In this document: positions 39,831 through 53,587 of the stretch, one piece after another
How the letters are laid out: each line of letters opens with the position of its first letter
How positions within the stretch are numbered: position 1 is the stretch's first letter
Source: Octopus vulgaris
Lineage: Eukaryota
NCBI GenBank assembly: GCA_951406725.2
Contig: OX597824.1
Span: 53,010,001-53,074,000 of the forward strand
Length of the DNA stretch: 64,000 nt
Direction of reading: 5' to 3'
Position numbers and translations under genes: made by a program
The notes under the pieces: generated by a model
The model's database searches: none
What the model saw: only the letters and a program-made list of their open reading frames with translations
What the model was told of the DNA's origin: nothing

Positions 39831-40126
39831 CCCTTTCGGCATCCAATATTATTATTAGTATTATTTTCTCCTCTTTCTTGATTGTCCTGATACCGCTCTT
39901 TCTTTCTATTTCCCCACCGCTTTGCCATTTTTTCTCTCTCCCTTTTTCACCAAACGAAAAACTCAAAACAATATTCTCCTCTTCTAAACAAACAAAAATA
40001 CTCGATTTATATAAATGAACAGCGAAACGTTCTGTTTTTAACATTTTAATTTTGTCTTGATGAGTTCGAAATTGAAAGAAAGCGCTATTAAAGGATTATC
40101 CAAAAACCTGACTGCCTCCTTTTTCT

Positions 40127-40182
<56 letters not shown>

Positions 40183-41841
40183 TCGAGCAGTATATTGCTG
40201 GTTGTATATAATTAGTAACGTGTGTTTCCTTTTTCCCTTATGAATTTTTATGCTGACAGAGTACATATACATGGGCACTAAACTAGTTAAAACTACCGAC
40301 ACACAACTGCACAAGTAATACACAGAGAATATAAATTTAGACATTAATTTAGCGACATCAATGATATTTACAATTTAATTATTTTTATATACAAACAGAA
40401 TAAAATGTCTAAAGATAATGAAATCATTAAAATGAATATTTCAAAAATTATCTTGCAGTAGTGTAGCAATTCTCAAATTCGTTAATACACGAGGCTGAAA
40501 AAAATGGCCGTAAGTAGGCTTTACTCTTCTAAGAACGAGAGTACGGTATCCGTCAGTAGTAGCTTTAGACATAATCCTGGCTAGTCAGCAGACAGCCATG
40601 TTTAAATACCATTCCTCGTTTTCAATTGACTGTAATAATATTAACAGTAGTGAATATAACATATATAGTTATATAATAATATAAGTAATTAATCATCACA
40701 TACTTATCAATAGAAATTAATAGATACGCAACAGTTATATCTAATTTGATTCAGAACCATTGATAAGAACATTTTATAGATTAAAATATTACTACAAGAC
40801 AGTCACATAACATATATATTATCTGACTGGAAATGACTCTTGTCCAGCAAGAGATTTGCAAAATTTTGTCTACACAGATGTCAGGGAAATGCTTGATTTT
40901 ATTGTTAAGATTGCTGCAAATTGATATTGTGACACTTCATGTGCCTAGTGAACCTAGATTTACTTCTGCACATAATATACACCTTTTCTTGCTTCTGTTT
41001 TATCACTGTTCTTTTCCGCGTGTTATCTTCAAACAAAGCGACATTTCAAAATTCATGCACCGTTTCAGAGTTCTTTGGTGAGCTATTTATTGAATCTTAT
41101 GCATAGGCCGTCAACTGGCTGAATTATAACAGTCGTGTATAGAATACGTTGCAATATATATTTCAGTTATCTGTGCTCAAAGTTGAAATCTCAAAGAGAG
41201 ACAACTTTCATCCATCCACAGGCAATAAATACAGTACCTTCCCTTAATTTCACTCTCTCTTTCTTTCTCTCTCTCTCTCTTTCGTTCTCTCTCTCTTTCT
41301 CTCGCTCTCTTTGTCTCTCTCTGTCTCTGTCTGTCTGTCTATCTCTCTCTCTGTCTTTCTATCTATTTATTTCATCCCTTTCTTTCAAGCTAACACATCT
41401 TGACGATCTTGTGTTTCGGGGGAGAAGTGTCGAGATGTCTACTCGCAACTACATGGTTATCAGCATGTACGATTAATAAGATACAAGCTGATACCAAGAA
41501 GTCTTGTACAGCGAATGATGCCCGCAGTGTGCGCGCACGTAGGCATGTGTGTTTGCGTAGTGAATCTACTCTCTGTCATTACTCAGAGTTCCATGGCCTC
41601 GTTTCCAACTAATTCAAATTGTTTCATATCTTTCACACAATCGAGTTTTCTAGAAAATATACACACATATATAAGTGAGTGTGAGTGTGTTTAACATTTC
41701 TGGTGAGTATGTTATCATTGTTTGTGAGGTATTGGTGTAGAATCAACTGCCTTTCAGTATGCAAGTGTGTGTACGTGTGTAAATAATCTGGGACACAAAA
41801 TATGAATCTTGTTGCGGTATGGTATATATATTTGTAAGGGT

Positions 41842-41873
<32 letters not shown>

Positions 41874-41956
41874 ATACATGTGCGTGACCAGGATCACTTG
41901 AAGAGTATCAATTCTGTTGACACAGAACAATACCGTCAATCATTGGCTTGTTCACG

Positions 41957-42037
<81 letters not shown>

Positions 42038-42042
42038 AATTT

Positions 42043-42094
<52 letters not shown>

Positions 42095-42317
42095 TGTGTA
42101 TGTATGTGTATATATATATATGTGTATGTAAGTATATATGTATCTAGATTCGTATGATTGCATGTATTGATTTATGTGAAAATATATAATGTATAGTATA
42201 TAAGAGTATGTATGTATGTATATATATATATATATATGTATGTATATATATATGCGTACATGTGTATGCACATATAAATTCACACACACTTAGATATATA
42301 TTCATACACATATAGAT

Positions 42318-42382
<65 letters not shown>

Positions 42383-42770
42383 TGGTGGCTTTATGGTGGA
42401 TAGATAGATATGGTGGGTGGACAGAGTGCGTGTTCATGTATGTATGTATCGATTACAAGTCAATAAAATCACTTCTACAGTGGAATATTGCCTTTCTGCA
42501 GCATCACGTCATTTAATTATTGTGCCTTTCATTGTAACTTCTCTGACTAATAAGAAACGGAGAATATATTATACTTGTTATGTACATATACAAAGGTAAA
42601 CTGATTAAATTAATATACATGCCTATACATACGCATATTCTCACGCATATACCTATGTAAATTTTTACACAAATATACATACAAATGTATACATATGTAT
42701 ATATATGCATATACATGTATATGCATATATACATGTATATTCATATATTATATATATGCATATATATGTA

Positions 42771-42815
<45 letters not shown>

Positions 42816-42827
42816 TTATATATATAC

Positions 42828-42894
<67 letters not shown>

Positions 42895-42897
42895 GCA

Positions 42898-43791
42898 TCT
42901 ATATAGATACATCTACTACATATGTGGGAAATTCTGTCTGTGGGTGTGTTTGTGGAGTTGTTAGCTAATCCTCAAACACCATTTTATTGATTTTTATGAA
43001 ACTTGACACGTGAGTAGAATTCATGTCTGGAAACGTCATCACATACTCAGATTGTTGAAAAAAATCAATAATAGTGCCCCTGGAAGGGATCTTTATATAT
43101 ATATACATATATATATAATATACTGCATATTAATAGCCAAGGGAAGTAACCCCTTCATTTTCCTAAATCATTTGGTATTAATCAAATTGAGTATGCTTAT
43201 TTCTTAGGATTTCAACTGTTAGAGTTATTTTCTCAATGTATCCAGTAAAACCGTGAAACAAGTAAATAGTATTTTCCTAAACAATGGATTCACTTATTTC
43301 TGTTAGTGACTTATTCCCGAATACACCAACATAGCGCCGCTGAGGATAAAATTCTCTAGGAATGCACAAAAGCCCTTTTCAGAGTTATTTTCTTTGAATT
43401 ATTATTATCTCATATCTGATTAGTCTGTTATTACGTAACATGCTTCACGATTTTAGGATACATACCTTATTAGTATTCCCTCCTATGTTCTACATACTCT
43501 GGGAACGTATTAAAGCCCTTTTCGGTGATACTTTATTTGAATTCTTTCTATCGGATAACTAATTACATGTTATTACAAAACTGAATTCATAATTTGGATA
43601 TACATAACTTATTGAGAATTCCTAAAAACAAGATCCTGTGTAAGACAGTTCGATATTCTCTGTAATTGCACAAAAAACGTTTTAATGGCTTCATACTTTG
43701 TATGGCTGTTATTGGATTACCGAAACAACTATGAGAACAGAACCAAGGGATTAGTCCTGCTTTCCCGGAAATTACCGGGTACGTCAGCTAG
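42898..43791 (+). mobile_element. Non-autonomous Helitron
   Basis: 5' A|TCTATA (alternatively 42912 TCTACTA); 3' hairpin CCCGG-aaatta-CCGGG 8 nt before CTAG|T at 43788-43791. Confidence 0.7.
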
Positions 43792-44030
43792 TATATACAT
43801 ATATATACATATATATATATAAACATATATATATATATATATATATATGATTATAACAATAAGGGTTTTGCAACAAGTTGCTTGACCACATACCGAAAAT
43901 TTTAGAAATATGAGCCAAAGGACTACTATTTCCTTTTTCTACAAAAATATGTCTCCACATACAACAATATTTGTAACTCACAAATTTCAAAAAAAGGAGA
44001 AAAACAATGAAATCAAACAGTCTTCAGTTA

Positions 44031-44089
44031 ATTATGGACGTACGTTTCTGGATTAGAATCATAAGATTCATTTCCTTCGTCGACATAAT
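44031..44089 (-). ncRNA. Hammerhead ribozyme, variant core (inverted copy)
   Basis: Reverse complement of 44753-44811. Confidence 0.65.
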
Positions 44090-44752
44090 ATTCCGATAAA
44101 TAAATCTAGAAATGCTAGGAAAACTTACCCCTTATATTTCCGCCCAAGCGTCATCGGAACATATAAAAGCTAATTAGCATATCCACAATTATATAGACAA
44201 GTGAATTCGTATTTCCCTCTAAAATTATTTCTACTATGTGAATCACAAAATAGTACTGCCGAAAAAAGATTCGTAGTTTTGTCGTAGGGGAGTGAAATAA
44301 TCATGAGTTACAAATATTGTTGTATGTGGAGACGTATTTTTGTAGAAAAAGGAAATAGTAGTCCTTTGGCTGCTATTTCTAAAATTTTCGGTATGTGGTC
44401 AAGCAACTTGTTGCAAAACCCTTATTATTATAATTATGTAAGTTTTTTTACCGAATATGGTCCTTTTCCATACCGAAATACTACTAGGTGAAATTTGTTG
44501 ATTTTATTAAATCAATTATCTTTCACCCTATATCTGTAATGATTATTTCACTCCCCTACGACAAAACTACGAATCTTTTTTAGCAGTACTATTTTGTGAC
44601 TCACATGGTAGAAAACATTTTGGAGGGAAATACGAATTCACTTGTCTATATAATTGTGGATATGCTGATTAGCTTTTATATGTTCCGATGACGCTTGGGC
44701 AGAAATATAAGGGGAAAGTTTTCCTAGCATTTCTAGATTTATTTATCGGAAT

Positions 44753-44811
44753 ATTATGTCGACGAAGGAAATGAATCTTATGATTCTAATCCAGAAACGT
44801 ACGTCCATAAT
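44753..44811 (+). ncRNA. Hammerhead ribozyme, variant core UCGACGA
   Basis: ATTATG TCGACGA aGGA-aat-GAATC-ttat-GATTC-taa-TCCa GAAA C GTAC G TC CATAAT; cleavage after GUC. Confidence 0.68.
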
Positions 44812-45096
44812 TAACTGAAGACTGTTTGATTTCATTGTTTTTCTCCCTTTTTTTTGCCATATGTGAGTTACAAATGTTGTATGTAGAGACATATTTTTGT
44901 AGAAAAAGAAAATAGTAGTTCTTTGGCTGCTGTTTCTAAAATTTTCAGTATGTGGTCAAGCAACTTGTTGCAAAACCCTTATTGTTATAATTATATAAGT
45001 TTTTACCGAATATGGTCCTTTTCCATACTGAAATACTACTAGGTGAAATTTGTTGATTTTATTAAATTAATTATCTTTCGCCCTATATCTGTAATG

Positions 45097-45161
<65 letters not shown>

Positions 45162-45619
45162 TAAATTAGTGTACATTTATAAACAAAACAGGTGACCCTA
45201 ACAGGACACCTTACATGCTAAAAGGAGCAATCAAAGCTCAAACCACGGTTAAGAGTAATTTGGAAGGGGATGAAAAATAAAAACATTTTCAATAGTTACC
45301 ACTTGTACCTAGATTTCAAACATTAATGAACTAATAAAATAATTTGTTATCCGCTACAAAGGCGCTACAATTAACGTGTAATTATAGGACATAAAGACAG
45401 CACATGTCTCATCTTTATACATTATAATTTTCCAAAGCCACCGCGAAGCGCAGTTATAGTCGGCAGCGAATAAAAATATATGTACCGACTTTCTTCAAAA
45501 TTAAGAAAATCATATTAGGAAAACACATATAGGCATCATATAGTAATAACAGAATCAGAGAAACAATCAAGCTGGTCTTACCACCAAATAATACTGACAC
45601 ACAAATAGACAATTATGCA

Positions 45620-46190
45620 GTCAGTCGTCGCGCCTATGACTGTTCATAGCTTTGGTGTTACTTGATAAGCTTTCTCCATACTGGTCGGTTTTTCGCTTGA
45701 GTTTGCCGCAGTATCTTTGAAAATCAGTTTAGGTCTTTTATGGTTTCTTTTCCCCTTGCATAATTGGGAGTAAAGAATTTTCTGGGGAATCTGCTGTCGT
45801 CCATCTTGTGTACGTGTTCCGACCAACGCAAATTTCTATCAATGAGGATTTCTGTAATGGGAGGCAGACAAGCACGCTGTAAAATCTCTTTATTACTGAT
45901 CTTGTCAAAGAGAGTGATATTCACAATTCGTCGTAGCTGTCTCATCATATGCGTATACCTTGTCTAGTTGAGCTTTCCAGACTGTTCAGGTTTCAAATCT
46001 ATACAGCAGGGAAGAAAGCACTATAAGCTGGTTCACCTTACATTTGGCACGTATAGAAACATGCCTATTTTCCACAGCCTCTCATGTAGCCTGCCAAATG
46101 AAGCACTAGCTCTGCTAATTCTGTATATGATTTCCTTGTTCAGTCGTGCATTATCTGAAATAGTGCTTCCTAGTTATTTGGATGCTTTGC
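45620..46190 (-). mobile_element. RTE-clade LINE 3' fragment
   Basis: LGSTISDNARLNKEIIYRISRASASFGRL; MRQLRRIVNI...NLRWSEHVHKMDDSRFP; ILYSQL..GKR...RPKL.FKD. Confidence 0.8.
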
Positions 46191-46737
46191 ACTTGACCAG
46201 CCTTTTATATCTAATAGTGGTGCTTTCTTGTTACAGGGACTCTTCGCTAATGATAGTGAACTGGTTGCCCACAGTATTGAAGGTATGCGGAAACTGGTAG
46301 ATAATTTGCCAGAGCCGCAAAAGAATTCAGTTTAACGATTAATATGTGTGTGCGTGTGTGCGAGAGTGTGTGTGTTAGAGTGTGTGCGTGTGTCTGTATG
46401 TGATCACATGACCAACCAAACTATCAGACGTTGTTATACATCGCAATACCCCTTGCATTGAATGCCGCAAGTCTTCACATATATACATAACTGTTTGTTT
46501 TATTTTTATGTTATTACAAATGTGCAAATTACACCCGTTATAAATTTCTCATTATTGCTGCATTAAGCCCGGTGAATCACTTCTTCATTGAAGATATTTG
46601 ATAAGGCCTAAATAGATCAGGAGTAGTCGTCTGTATTTGCTGGGATATTTTAACAAATATTTATCGTCACTAATAGTACATTTTCGTCATCGTATAATTA
46701 TTTTTTAATTGTTTTTTAATGCTCAAGCATTGAAATA

Positions 46738-47846
46738 TTAGGTTGTTTCACATGAAATGTCGCATTTTAATTACTTGTTATTTCAGTTATTTAAAAACTC
46801 AATCATGTATACCTTGCATTTAATCTTGACTCTTTCTTTCCCAACAATATCCGTATATAAAATTCGTACCCACAGACCTTATGAAAATGATAACAACCAA
46901 ACTATGTTGAGTGTTTTTCTCGTATGAGTACAAACTAGTCGCTCTGCTGCAGAAGCTCTACAGAATATCAAGCAGGCCTTTGGTAATGGTTTTGTTGACA
47001 TCGGAACTATTCAGAGATGGTTCCAAAGCTCTCGTTCAGGAGATGATAGCCTTCAATATAAACCTAGGGATAGACCAAAATCAGTTATTCGGCATGATGG
47101 ATTTAAAGCTTTGGTTGAACAAAATCCGCGAATAAAGGTTCGAAAATTTTCATCAGAACTCCAAACAACTTGCATAACTGTTTTTTGGACACCTGTAAAA
47201 AATTGGAAAAATCAAGAAGTTGAACGAGATTTAAAAAAAACAGACGCCGCGAAGTGAACTTTTTGCTTTCTCGATTGGAAAAATACCATTTTTGCATGAA
47301 ATTATTACTTGTGATGAGAAATGGATATTCTTTGACAACAGCAGGAGAACAGGACAGCAATTAATTTGCAACAAGGAAAAACGGTAACAGCAACATCGTA
47401 TTGCCAGGAAATTGATTGTATGCATGAGAATTTGAAAAAGAAGCAACCTAGACTAGTTAATAGAGATGACCCAATTTTGCTCCACGACAATGCACGTCCG
47501 TACACTCTTCAAGCTACGGTCCAAAAGCTGCAAATCCGGCATTATGAGATTTTGCAACATCCTCCCCATTCTCTCCTACAGATCATCACTTATTTAAGCA
47601 TTTTGAGCTTTTCATAAGCAATAAAACATTCTTAAATAGATAAGAGGTAATTGAAGCATTCGGACAGTTTATCAGAGCAAAAGACGAAATTTTTTTAAGG
47701 ATGAAAATTATGACATAGAGAAACGTTGGGTAAACGTCATAAATTACTATGGATCATACTTTGATTAAATAAATCAGCTCTCTAACTCTTCTAAAAATTG
47801 TATTGCTACCCTTCAGATACAGCATTTCATGTGAAAAAACCTACTA
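46738..47846 (+). mobile_element. Mariner transposon, degraded, with TIRs
   Basis: TIRs TAGGTTGTTTCACATGAAATG / CATTTCATGTGAAAAAACCTA. Transposase remnants: TIQRWF, IITCDEKWIFFDN, LLHDNARPY, LQHPPHS. Confidence 0.87.
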
Positions 47847-48989
47847 TTAGATAAACTTTGAAAACCTGTTGGCTTGTCAACAATGCATAACACATACATT
47901 GCTTTAACCTTTCAAGTTTGCCTAGGCAACAGTTTGAACTCAGTTTAATGAAATATGTGTCAATGAATTCCCTGCTATATTTAAGATAAGGGAAACAATG
48001 ATTATATTTTTTCGCTAAATGTATATCCAGAAATAGTAATTTTAACATGGAACCTTAAATTAGTAAAATTTTAATCGCATTGTTATGCAGGAAGGGTGCT
48101 AAATGCGATTGGAAATTCATAAGGAGAGGAACTTTTAAGCTAGACGAAACGATACTGCAAATAGAAAAAAATTACCATGGTATTTTAACACGATGAAATT
48201 TATATACAGTTAATGTGCAATATGGTGAAGAAATATTCAAATTATTTTTAATATCAGATTCCTGCTTTGTTCAGAAAATCTTGAATGTTAAATCAAATAA
48301 AGATAATATAATTTTATAAAAGGCAATTTCAAATTAAGGAAATCTTGAATGTTATTTAATGAGAAAAACTTTAAAGGTTAATTCTTGTAAACTTTTAAAT
48401 CTGTTTTATTTGTCTAAGACCCATCATGTATTATTCTTAGAAAAATAACCTATAACCTATGCAATTTCTTTCTCTTCAATTTTTATAATATACAGATATC
48501 TCCATACAGTTCATTATCATGTACGTGGAGATGGGCAGAGATGTATATTTAGTAAACAGTCTAAACATTGATGTTTAATAAAACAAGATGTGAGTGAAAT
48601 AGAAAGAAAAATATGAGAAATTATGATACATGACAGAATGTAGAGAAGAGAATAACTAAAGTATAAGAAATGACATTGTAGAATGAGTCAAACAGGGAAC
48701 GATAAATGTAGAAATAATAAGCGCAAAGGGAGAAAAAGATTGAGGGGACGGGGAAAATAATGGCATGAACAAAATGAGAGGTTTCAAGTAAAGGAAATTT
48801 GAGTAGGAGATTGGAATAAAGAAAATGACAAATAGCAAGATCTAAAAAATTAAATAAATGGATAAGATGGTGAGGATAGGAATATAGAAGCGATTGAAAG
48901 AAAAAATAAAGGAGTATTGTAAAAAAAAGGAATAGAAAATGTATTGTAATGAGATACAGGAGTGGTTATGTGGTATGAAGCTTGCTTCC

Positions 48990-51107
48990 GGTTCCGGTCG
49001 TTAGTGTTCTTCACTCGCCTGTTGAAGTCTCCACGCTGGTGTGCAGCTGGCGAAGATTGAATTGAAGACGTCACGCTGGTGTGCAGCTGGCGAAAACTGA
49101 AAGACGCTCTACTGTAAGGTAAGACTTTTTGCTCCTTGAGTCCAGTAGGATTTGTTGCTTGTAGGTTTATTTTTTTGTACTAGCAAGGAGTCCTTACTGG
49201 ATTCGGAGCTTTTTGTCTGCCTTGCGGTGGAGACGTGAGTGTTTTCTCACATAATTGTGAGGAATTGTTTTTTCCTTGTGGATTATTGGCCAGGAGTACC
49301 TTTTCGGCCGAAGATTAATTTCTTTGCCAGGATTTGAACTCTTTTCACACTATCATTTATTTTTTTAAAAAAAAGAACTTTATTTGAACTGTTATTTTTA
49401 TTTTATTTCTTCCCTTCTGTTGTGTCTTTCCTTCTTTTTTTGTGTCTTTCTTTATTTTACACTTTGAATTATATTTGAACTCATTTAAATGGCGAAGGAA
49501 TTACTTGTGTGGGGTTTAACACCTCCCAAAAAAGGGATGAAAGAGCTCGAAAGGAAGACGGTGATACTGAGGACTTATTCAAAGTCGCTCGACACCATAA
49601 CCGTCTTCCCGAAGGCCACAATTTTGAAAGAGCTGGCAGAGTACATGCCAGCCATTAAAAGTATGCAACGGTCTGGTTGCTATTTGACTCCCCACAAGAA
49701 GCTTGCGATTTTGCAAGCCGGCCCCTCGAGGGCAAGGAAATCATGTTCCTTCCCAGCTATTGTGGGAAGAAATTATTGAGGGCTTGGGTCTGCGGTTTGC
49801 CACCCGGAATTGAGCCCGAGTGGATAGAGGACTCTATCCGCCGGGGTCTGGGTGGTAGCAGTACCAAGCTGCTTAATGTGAAAATCTTGCCTGCGGTTGA
49901 TTGGGAGGGGTCAAAAGCTGTTTTGACCCTATGGACCCAATCAGCCGAAAGTCTGGTCTTTCCAGATTTTTTGAGGATAGCCGGGTCTAGGTATCCGGTG
50001 ATGCTTTAGGGACGCCCCCCCCCCCCAAGTGTCACCTGTGCCTGGAGACCGGCCACATTAAGAAAAACTCCCCAAGGACCAAAATAGGATCCTGGAGCAG
50101 TTAATAGTGGAATCTCTCCCATTGGAGGGAGAGATGGAGGCTTGGTACTGCTACCACCCAGACCCCGGCGGATAGAGTCCTCTATCCACTCGGGCTCAAT
50201 TCCGGGTGGCAAACCGCAGACCCAAGCCCTCAATAATTTCTTCCCACCAATTTTTCCCTCAATGGAGGGAGAGAAGGAGGAGGATGACGAGAAGGTTTCC
50301 ACCTCCTCGAAAAAACGAAACCGAAAGGTGGGCAACAATGGTTGCCCACCGAAGGACCTGAGGGCTGCGGGAGAAAAGGAGGACCGGCTGCACGCATCAC
50401 AGGAACGTCACCCTCCCACGGCCCAAGGGAAAAAGAAAAGAAAGAAGAAAAACAGGACATTGCCGGTGGGTTGTGACACGCTGCCGGCGTGTCCCAATTC
50501 TCCTTCGGCGGGTGTGCCGCTGGAGGATGAATTTGTAGTCCTCTTCCACAAAGGATGAACCGTAGAAAATGAAATCAAGAAAATGGAAAGAATGGTGGGA
50601 GGAGCTTCTGTCCGGCACGGAGGACCCTGAGTGGCCTTCGCAGGTGGCTGCGGAGGTCCTATGGGATAGTGATCTGTGCAGGATCATGAATTCCTTCCCG
50701 GAGGACTCCTACAGATTTAAGTCTGTGTGGTCCGGCGTGGAACCGAGTACATGCTTCAATGAAGCAAGGTGACTGGTCGGCCGGATAACCTGAACGTTTC
50801 TACAAAATGTGAAATATGTGACTTTTTGTGTAATGTACGAGGTTTATAGCCTCCTTGTGTTTTAAAAAAGAAAAAAAGAAAGAATTCTGAACGTTGTGTT
50901 TTTTATGTAAGAGGTTTATTGCTTCAGGAAAAAAGAAAAAGGAAAAAAGAACATTGTTTTAGAGAAGCGAGGGTCGGCGGGCGCTTTTCGTCTTCTCCCA
51001 TCATCATCATTTTTGCATCATTATCATTCATCCCATTAATGTCCGTGTCCAGCCCGCAAAGCTTTTTTCTGTGTGATGCCCTTGTGGCAAATTAAATGAA
51101 ATAAAGG
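48990..51107 (+). mobile_element. ORF1-only non-autonomous Tx1/L1-like retroelement, copy 1
   Basis: Frameshifted ORF from 49489: KTVILRTYSKSLD...LFDSPQEA...RAWVCGLPPGIEPEWI...YPVML*GRP/PKCHLCLETGHIKKNSP. No RT. Ends in AATAAA; TSD-flanked. Confidence 0.75.
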
Positions 51108-51118
51108 AGCTTGCTTCC

Positions 51119-53148
51119 GCGCAGGCGTGTTGTCAGTGTTGTTCGTACCACTGAATAGTAGTCGTCACGCTAGTTTACAGCGGGCGAAAATTGAAGCTCA
51201 ACTGTTAGGTAAGACTTTTGTTTTTTGGGGGTCCAGTGGGGGTTTGTTATTTGCCGTAATTATTTTTGTACAAACAAGAAGCCCTCACTGGATTCTGGAC
51301 TCTGGTCTGCCTACAGTTGAGTGAATAGATTTTCTCACTTAATTGTAAGAATTGTCGTTTTGGGGGGCGTATCTCGCTTCCAAAAATTTGTTCACTTTTA
51401 GAGAATAGATTTATTTTTCAAAAATTGTGAGAATTTATTGAATATACAACTGGCCTGAAGATTTTTTGCTTTCTGTGTTTTTTTGAAGTGTAGACTGTTT
51501 TTTCCTTCTTCTCTCCTTTTTTGTGACTTTCTTTTTATTGTTTTATTCTTCCTTCCTTTTTATTGTGAATTTCTTTTGAATTCTTTCTTTTTCTTCATTC
51601 ATTTAAAAAAATTTTTTATCTGAGCTGTTTTGGAACATTTTATCTTAAAAAACATGGCAAAGAACAAGGACAATGTTTTGGAGTGGGAAATTGTCCCACC
51701 CAAACAGTGGTTGAAAGACTTTGAAGTGAGGACGGTTGTGTTGAGGACTTACTCCAAGTCGCTCGACACTATCGCCCTATTTGAAAGGACTGCTATAGAA
51801 ATGGAGTTGGCAGAGTATCTGCCAACTATTAAATTCATCTCCAGGGTGTGGGGGGCAAATATGCGACGGCGTAGTTGCTGTTTGACACCCTTAAGGGGGC
51901 TCGCAAATTTGCGAGCCAGACCTTGGAGGGCAGAGAGATTTTGTTTTTTCCCACGTATTGTGGGAGGAAGTTGACTAGAGAGCTTGGGTGTGGTTTGCCA
52001 CCCAGAATAGAACCCGCGTGGACAGAGGACACTATCTACCGGGGTCTGGGTGGCAGCGGATCCAAGCTCTTCAATGTAAAAATTTTGCCTGCGGCTGATT
52101 GGAAGGTATCAAATGCGGTTTTGACTCTGTGGACCCAATCAGCCAAAAATCTGGTATTTCCAGATTTTTTTAGAATGGCCGGCTCTAGGTATCCTGTGTT
52201 GCTTGAGGGACGCCCCCACCAAGTGTCACCTGTGCCTGGGACCAGGCCACATTAAAAAGAACTTCCCAGGACCAAAGTAAGGTCCTGGAGCAGTTAATAA
52301 AACAACGCTCCCCTCTCCCCCATTGGAGGGAGAGATGGAGGCAATCAAGGAGGTGGAGTCCTCCTCGAAAAAAGGAAAAGAAGACAGATGGGCAACGATG
52401 GTTGCCCATCGAAGGATCCGAAGGCTGCGGGAGGGAAGGAAAATCTTCCGAACAAAACAGAAGAATCTCACCCTTCCGTGGCTCAAGGAAAAAAAAAAAA
52501 AGAAAAACGGGACATTGCTGGCGGTTCGTAACACACTGCCGGCATATCCCGAAACCTCGTCGGTGGGAATTGTGCTATCGAAGGAGGAAACTGTGGGCCC
52601 TTCCTATGCGGCGGATGAAGAATTTGTGATCCTCTTCCATAAGGAAGGGCCGTTAGAAAACTTCGTGAAGAAGTTTAAAAAGAAAGGCCGGAGGGAAGGG
52701 ATTCTATCCTGCACTGAGGACCCTAACTGGCATACGCAGGTGGCTGCGGAGGTCATATGGGAAACCGACTTGTGCAGGGTAATGAACTCCTTCCCCGAGG
52801 ATACATTTAGTTTATGTTAAAGTGGCCCGACTTGGCACCGTCCAGGTGCTTGAATTAGGCGAGATGCCTGTCGGGCATGAAAGTTCCTAATTGGGAAAAA
52901 AACGTAAGAGGCTTAGTGCCTCGTTTTGTTTTTGTTATTGAATATTGTGAACAATGTAAGAGGTTTGTTGCCTCATGAATGTATTATAAAAGATCAATGT
53001 TCTCGGGTAAACAACGATCGGCGGGCGTCGCGTTTTACCCTCATTAATAATCATTTTCATTTTCCATTTCATAAACGTTATGTCTATGTCCAGCCCGCAG
53101 CTTCCTTTCTCTATGTAAGGCCTTTATGGCCAATATAATGAAATAAAG
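51119..53148 (+). mobile_element. ORF1-only non-autonomous Tx1/L1-like retroelement, copy 2
   Basis: Collinear, diverged homolog of copy 1 (RTVVLRTYSKSLD, CGLPPRIEP, LLEGRP/PKCHLCLGPGHIKKNFP, QVAAEVIW...MNSFPED); same 3' end. Confidence 0.75.
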
Positions 53149-53283
53149 AGGTTGTTTCCCAACAACATGGTTCCGGATTCAGCTACACTGCGTGGTAACT
53201 TGGGCAAGTGCCTTCTGCTATAGCCTTGGGTCGTTTAAAGCCTTGTGAGTGGATTTAGTTGGCGGAACCGTGAAGAAGCCCAT

Positions 53284-53367
<84 letters not shown>

Positions 53368-53587
53368 TGTCTGTGTTTGTGCGCACCATTGCTTGACTAC
53401 CAGTGTTGGTGTAGTTACGTCAACATAACATAGCGGTTCAGCAAAAGTGACCGATAGAATAAGAACTAAGCTTACAAAGAATAAGTCTGGAGGTCGATTT
53501 GTTCAACTAATGCCGGTGCTCCATCATAGCCGCAGTCAAAGGACTGAAGCAAGTAAAAGAATAAAAATATATACATTCACAGACATA

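Larger units (their letters stand above)
43848..45100. mobile_element. PLE-derived non-coding element: inverted copy + ~1.4 tandem copies of a ~560 bp unit, in (TA)n
   Basis: 43850-44300 is the reverse complement of ~44540-44995; 44303-44540 is repeated at 44863-45098. Confidence 0.85.
48957..53567 (+). mobile_element. Major-family SINE split in its tRNA head (48957-48989 + 53149-53567)
   Basis: CAGGAGTGGTTATGTGGTATGAAGCTTGCTTCC joins CAACAACATGGTTCCGGATTCAG... to rebuild the head seen intact at 57780 and 32148. Confidence 0.85.

Noticed and set aside
44683-44712. Second hammerhead-like CCGATGA-CGC-ttgg-GC(A/G)-GAAA
   Set aside because: No stem III, cleavage triplet or stem I partner follows.
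49111-49490. AG|GTAAG splice-donor-like site conserved in both ORF1-only elements (49119, 51209), followed by a T-rich tract
   Set aside because: No conserved acceptor AG before the ATG; an intron cannot be supported without transcripts.
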